27,093 nucleotides of DNA, taken from the NCBI GenBank assembly GCA_964557245.1, contig CAZKZR010000001.1, positions 1 through 27,093 on the forward strand, written 5' to 3'. How positions within the stretch are numbered: the first letter of the stretch is position 1; each line of letters begins with the position of its first letter. The notes under the pieces were generated by a model. It did not search any database and had not been told where the DNA came from. It saw nothing but the letters and a program-made list of their open reading frames with translations. This document shows positions 23,422-27,093 of the stretch, in pieces. The position numbers and the translations under genes are program-made. The stretch is from an uncultured Anaerolineaceae bacterium. GTDB taxonomy: Bacteria; Chloroflexota; Dehalococcoidia; Tepidiformales; Tepidiformaceae.

Positions 23422-24363
23422 CTAACGCCAGAGCACCGCGACCAGTTTCTCCAGTGCCTCTCCCGCCCGCGGCCCCGGCGCGCGGAGGAAGAGCGAGGTA
23501 TCGAGCACGGCGACGCGGTCCTGTTTGACGGCGGGCACTCCTGCCCAGGCTCGGTCGGCTTTGATCTGCGCATCAAGCCCGCCCTGCCCCGAAGGGAGGA
23601 TGAGCACGGCCTCCGGAGCGAGCGCGGCGGCGGCGCCGACATCAATGACCCCAAAACCCGGTATTGGCCCGCCATCCGCGACGGAACCAAGCACGTTGGT
23701 TGCTCCGAGGTATTCCAGCAGGCTCCCGATATAGGTCGCCGAGCCGCCCCCGAAGACGTCCCGTCCGCCTCCGGTCAACACCAGCACCCTGGGCGCGCCG
23801 CCGCGGGCCGCGGCCACACCGCGGGCGGCCTCCGTGCGCGCTTCGAGTTGATCTCGCGCGGCCGCTGCCTCCGGCCCATGGTCCGTCGCCTCTCCCATCG
23901 CCGTCAGGGCCGCCAGAACCTCGGAGAACGAGTTCGCCTTCAGCATGTAGACCGGGCGGCTGAAGCGGTCGAAATCCCGTGTCCGGCCGGCCTGGTAGGC
24001 CGCGTCAGCCAGCACAAGGTCCGGCGCGAGCGCCTCGATGGCGTTGAAGTCGGGAGAAATGGCAGAACCGACAAGCTTCGCCGCGGGCGCCACATCCGCC
24101 GGCGTGTCGGAGGTGCGGCCCAGTACCTCCAGACCGATGGCCACGGCGTAATCGGCCGCGGCCGGGCTCAAGGCCACAACGGTCCGCACTTCCTCGGGCA
24201 GCGAAACGCTCCGCCCCGTCATGTCTGTGACTTGCCGGCCCCCGTTGGTGCCGCTTGCGGTGACCGTGGCCGTCGGCGAAGGCCTTGGCGGAACGGCCGG
24301 CGCCGCTTTCCCGCAACCGGCGAAGACGCCGGCGAGCAGCGCCACCGCCAGCCACCGTTTCAC
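23422..24363 (-). CDS. ABC transporter substrate-binding lipoprotein (BtuF / iron-siderophore, helical-backbone type)
   Basis: Lipobox FAGC; motifs VTDMTGRSV, TVVALSP, PDFNAIEALAPDLVL, GATNV and RAPGPR. GTGA overlap with the cofC stop. Confidence 0.9.
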   Translation of the reverse strand: MKRWLAVALLAGVFAGCGKAAPAVPPRPSPTATVTASGTNGGRQVTDMTGRSVSLPEEVRTVVALSPAAADYAVAIGLEVLGRTSDTPADVAPAAKLVGSAISPDFNAIEALAPDLVLADAAYQAGRTRDFDRFSRPVYMLKANSFSEVLAALTAMGEATDHGPEAAAARDQLEARTEAARGVAAARGGAPRVLVLTGGGRDVFGGGSATYIGSLLEYLGATNVLGSVADGGPIPGFGVIDVGAAAALAPEAVLILPSGQGGLDAQIKADRAWAGVPAVKQDRVAVLDTSLFLRAPGPRAGEALEKLVAVLWR

Positions 24364-25013
24364 GCGCGTGCTGCGAGGCGCGCTTCAACGCCAATCGACT
24401 GCAGGTACCGGCCGGCTGCGCCCTGCCGCCCCCGGGGCGCCCTCAGCAACTCGACGATGTCATCGGCGGTATCAAGGTCCAGGCGCAGTTCACGGTTCGG
24501 ACAGACCGCGACGTGCATGCCGGCCTTGCGCGCCGCCGCTGTGTGGCGGGCGAATGACGCTGCCCCGTACGCGAGCGGGAAGCGTCCAGGCGGCTCGAGA
24601 ACCATCGCGTTCGTACCGCCGTCCCGGCTTTCCACCACGGCGATGGCGTTCGGACGCGACATCGAGAGCAGGTAGTCCACGGCTTCATTCGTCGCGAGCG
24701 GGAGGTCCGCATGGAGGATGAGCACCCGCTCCCGCCCGCTGCCTTCCGTCATGAGCGTCGCCAGAGCCGCTTCCAGTTGCCCGTTCAGGCCCTCGACGTC
24801 GGCGGATTCGGGCATCACGCGCGCCTTGCCCGCGGCGGCCGCTCGCACCCGCGGGTCGGCGGTCAGGACCACGGCCGCCGGACCAGCCGCGTGCAGCACC
24901 GATTCGAGCGTGATGATCGCCAGTGTTTCCCGCTCCTCCGGCGAAAGCAGGGGCGCCAGCCGGCCCTTCGCGCGGTCCAGCCGGTTCACCGGAATGAGCA
25001 CGGGAACGCTCAC
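24360..25013 (-). CDS. cofC: 2-phospho-L-lactate/phosphoenolpyruvate guanylyltransferase (F420 biosynthesis; FbiD)
   Basis: Motifs VLIPVN..AKGRL, HADLPL, DGGTNA, YGAASFARH and LDLDTADD; directly after cofD. Confidence 0.92.
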   Translation of the reverse strand: MSVPVLIPVNRLDRAKGRLAPLLSPEERETLAIITLESVLHAAGPAAVVLTADPRVRAAAAGKARVMPESADVEGLNGQLEAALATLMTEGSGRERVLILHADLPLATNEAVDYLLSMSRPNAIAVVESRDGGTNAMVLEPPGRFPLAYGAASFARHTAAARKAGMHVAVCPNRELRLDLDTADDIVELLRAPRGRQGAAGRYLQSIGVEARLAARA

Positions 25014-25942
25014 CTGGCGGTCTCCAGGAAGGCGAGGATGTCGCGAGCCAGTTCCGCTTTCCGTTCCATGCTGGTCATCATCGTGTCCGTCACGAGGCAG
25101 CGAAGTCCCAGCGCTTCTACTTCATTCGCCAGCGCCCGGTCCTGCTCGTCGATGACGAACACATCGATCAGGCCGCTGTAGATCTTCGCCACCCCCAGAG
25201 CGGAAACCTCGTAACCCATCGTGGTCATCATTTTCGCCGCGGGGCCTTTCACCACCTGCCCGGCGATGATCGGGCTCACGGCGACCCGGGTGGCCTTCGT
25301 TGTTGCAAGTGCCGAGCGCACGCCTTCAACGGCGAGGATCGGTCCGACGCTCACGAACGGGTTGCTCGGCGCGAGGAAGACCGTCTCAGCGTCGCGCAGC
25401 GCTTCGATGACACCTGGCGCCGGTTTCGCCGCCTCGATGCCGGCGAACCGGATCGATCGCACATCAACCTCCGTGCGCAGCCGGACCATGTACTCCTGGA
25501 AGGCGAGTTCTCCCTCGGGCCCGGTGATCATCGTCCGCACCGGCTCATTGGTCATGGGAATCACGGTGCAGCGGAGGTCCCAGGCCTTCGCCAGCCCGGC
25601 AACGATTTCGTGCATCGGCACACCCTGGTGGATGAGGCGAGTCCGGTGGATCGCCATCGCCAGGTCCTTGTCGCCCAGGTTGAACCAGCGTTCGTAGCCG
25701 AAGCGCTGGAGCTGATCCACCACGGCGAACGTATCGCTGGTGAGGCCCCATCCCGTCTCCGGGTTGATCGCGCCGGCCAGTGCGTAGAGCACGATGTCGG
25801 TGTCCGGCGAGACGTGCAGGCCGAACATCTCCACATCGTCGCCGGTGTTCGAGATCACGGTGACTTCGGAGGGATCAACTACCTGGCAGAGGCCCTGGAG
25901 GAAGCGAGAAGCGCCGACGCCGCCGGCGAGCACGGTGTACAC
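25010..25942 (-). CDS. cofD: 2-phospho-L-lactate transferase (F420 biosynthesis; FbiA)
   Basis: Motifs LAGGVGASRFLQG, NTGDD, SPDTD, WFNLGDKDLA, PSNPFVSVGPIL and SPII..KGPA. Confidence 0.95.
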   Translation of the reverse strand: MYTVLAGGVGASRFLQGLCQVVDPSEVTVISNTGDDVEMFGLHVSPDTDIVLYALAGAINPETGWGLTSDTFAVVDQLQRFGYERWFNLGDKDLAMAIHRTRLIHQGVPMHEIVAGLAKAWDLRCTVIPMTNEPVRTMITGPEGELAFQEYMVRLRTEVDVRSIRFAGIEAAKPAPGVIEALRDAETVFLAPSNPFVSVGPILAVEGVRSALATTKATRVAVSPIIAGQVVKGPAAKMMTTMGYEVSALGVAKIYSGLIDVFVIDEQDRALANEVEALGLRCLVTDTMMTSMERKAELARDILAFLETAR

Positions 25943-25948
25943 CCGGCG

Positions 25949-25954
25949 ATCGTA
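25949..25954 (-). promoter_or_regulatory. -10 box TACGAT, 6 nt before the cofD GTG (leaderless-type)
   Basis: The minus strand reads TACGAT-cgccgg-GTG, with no SD. Confidence 0.55.
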
Positions 25955-25978
25955 ACCGGCACGGGATGCTGCGTCGCG

Positions 25979-27093
25979 CTAGGTCGATTCCGGGCGTCTG
26001 ACGGTCCGCGCGCCTACTGGCACGCGGGGATCGGGCGCTCGCGCCGCGGTTGCCGCCGGCTCTTCCCGGCTTCGCCGGACCGGCTCACCGAGCGGTTCCA
26101 CCACCGGGTTGTGCCCGCGCGTGCCCGCTCCCAGTTCGATGGCGACGAGGATCGCGAACACCAGGTAGAGGAATGGTTCCTCCAGCAACCGGCCCTCGGA
26201 CTGAGACTGGAAGAGGATCTCGATGAGCGCGGCCGCGCACCACGCCGCCATTAATCGCGAATACCGGTCGTCATACAGCCGGTATGCCGAGCGGCAGGCG
26301 ACGATGACGCGCAGCGCGAACAGCGTGAGCATGCCGATGCCGACGATTCCCAGTTCAGCCAGGATGCTGATGAACGAGGTGTGCGAGAGCGTGGTCTTCG
26401 CCCACCAGGGGAGCGTCCAGAGGTAGCTGATGACCAGCGTGTGCTGGTAATTGCCCGAACCAACGCCGACGAGCGGGTTGTCCTTCCACATCTCCCAGCC
26501 GCCCTTGATCAAGAACTCTCGCTGGCCGATGAGCTGGATGCCCGAGGTGAGCGACTTCACCCGCTCGGCATTCGCGCCGCCCTGCATGAAGAGAAGCACC
26601 AGCAAGAACGCCAGCCCGCCGAATGCCACCGCGGTGAGGCGCAGCTTGGTGTACCTCCGGATCGGCGCCATGAGTACCACCAGGAACGAGGCGAGCAACA
26701 TGCCCAGCCAGCCCGACCGCGACGCCGTTGTGACGATGCCGACGGCGCAGATCGCCATCATCGGGGCCGCGATGTAGACCGTGAGCCGCCGGGGTCCGGT
26801 GACCATGATCAGCCCCGCGGAGAGCGCCATTGAAATCGCCAGGAACCGCGCAAGGTTGTTCGGGTCCGCGAAGAACGCGTTGGAGCGGTAGCTGTAGTCA
26901 TCCGATTGGATCAAGATCGCGCGCCACTGGAACACGCCGAGTACACGCTGGGCGATGGCGACGACGGAAAGCAGGGTTGCCGCGATGAGGAACGCGGCGA
27001 CTATTCGCTCCAGGTCCTTCCGGTCCTCGATCATCGAGGGTGCGGCGAACACGAAGGCCACGTACATCGGCATGATCAGCACGCCGTTGGTCG
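25979..27093 (-). CDS. O-antigen ligase / Wzy_C family membrane protein, 5'-truncated
   Basis: The frame is open to the window edge. Motifs F.DPNNLA, TASRSGWLG, MWKDNPLVGVGSGNY and SHTSFISILAELGIVG. Confidence 0.9.
   Translation of the reverse strand, partial: TNGVLIMPMYVAFVFAAPSMIEDRKDLERIVAAFLIAATLLSVVAIAQRVLGVFQWRAILIQSDDYSYRSNAFFADPNNLARFLAISMALSAGLIMVTGPRRLTVYIAAPMMAICAVGIVTTASRSGWLGMLLASFLVVLMAPIRRYTKLRLTAVAFGGLAFLLVLLFMQGGANAERVKSLTSGIQLIGQREFLIKGGWEMWKDNPLVGVGSGNYQHTLVISYLWTLPWWAKTTLSHTSFISILAELGIVGIGMLTLFALRVIVACRSAYRLYDDRYSRLMAAWCAAALIEILFQSQSEGRLLEEPFLYLVFAILVAIELGAGTRGHNPVVEPLGEPVRRSREEPAATAARAPDPRVPVGARTVRRPEST

Noticed and set aside
1-27093. tRNA, rRNA, CRISPR arrays, prophage or defence genes
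   Set aside because: None recognised; intergenic gaps are short and explained by promoters, terminators or palindromes.

Overview
GC-rich bacterial window. Gene content and protein style suggest Chloroflexota, possibly Tepidiforma/Dehalococcoidia-like; this is inference. About 29 genes are supported, left to right: a partial CPA2 cation:proton antiporter, an orphan, an SGNH-like protein and a DegT-family aminotransferase; four tandem paralogous, very acidic lipoproteins; a class III-type PhaC converging on a small PhaE/PhaR-like gene, with a RAYT/IS200-like HUH nuclease and REP-like palindromes between them; an alpha/beta hydrolase; an acyltransferase-3 fused to a beta-lactamase-fold serine hydrolase; an LpqC/PHB-depolymerase-type esterase; an OmpR/HAMP-HK two-component pair with a small membrane protein; an orphan; an epoxide hydrolase; a candidate 28-aa Arg-rich small ORF; a 942-aa kinase-like polytopic membrane protein; a glycosyltransferase and a hexapeptide acyltransferase; two paralogous secreted proteins with a shared C-terminal PxxAxDGxN tail; a second SGNH-like paralog; a cofD-cofC-substrate-binding-protein operon (F420); and a partial O-antigen ligase/Wzy-like gene. 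No rRNA, tRNA or CRISPR array was seen. All calls come from motif reading by eye; no searches were run.
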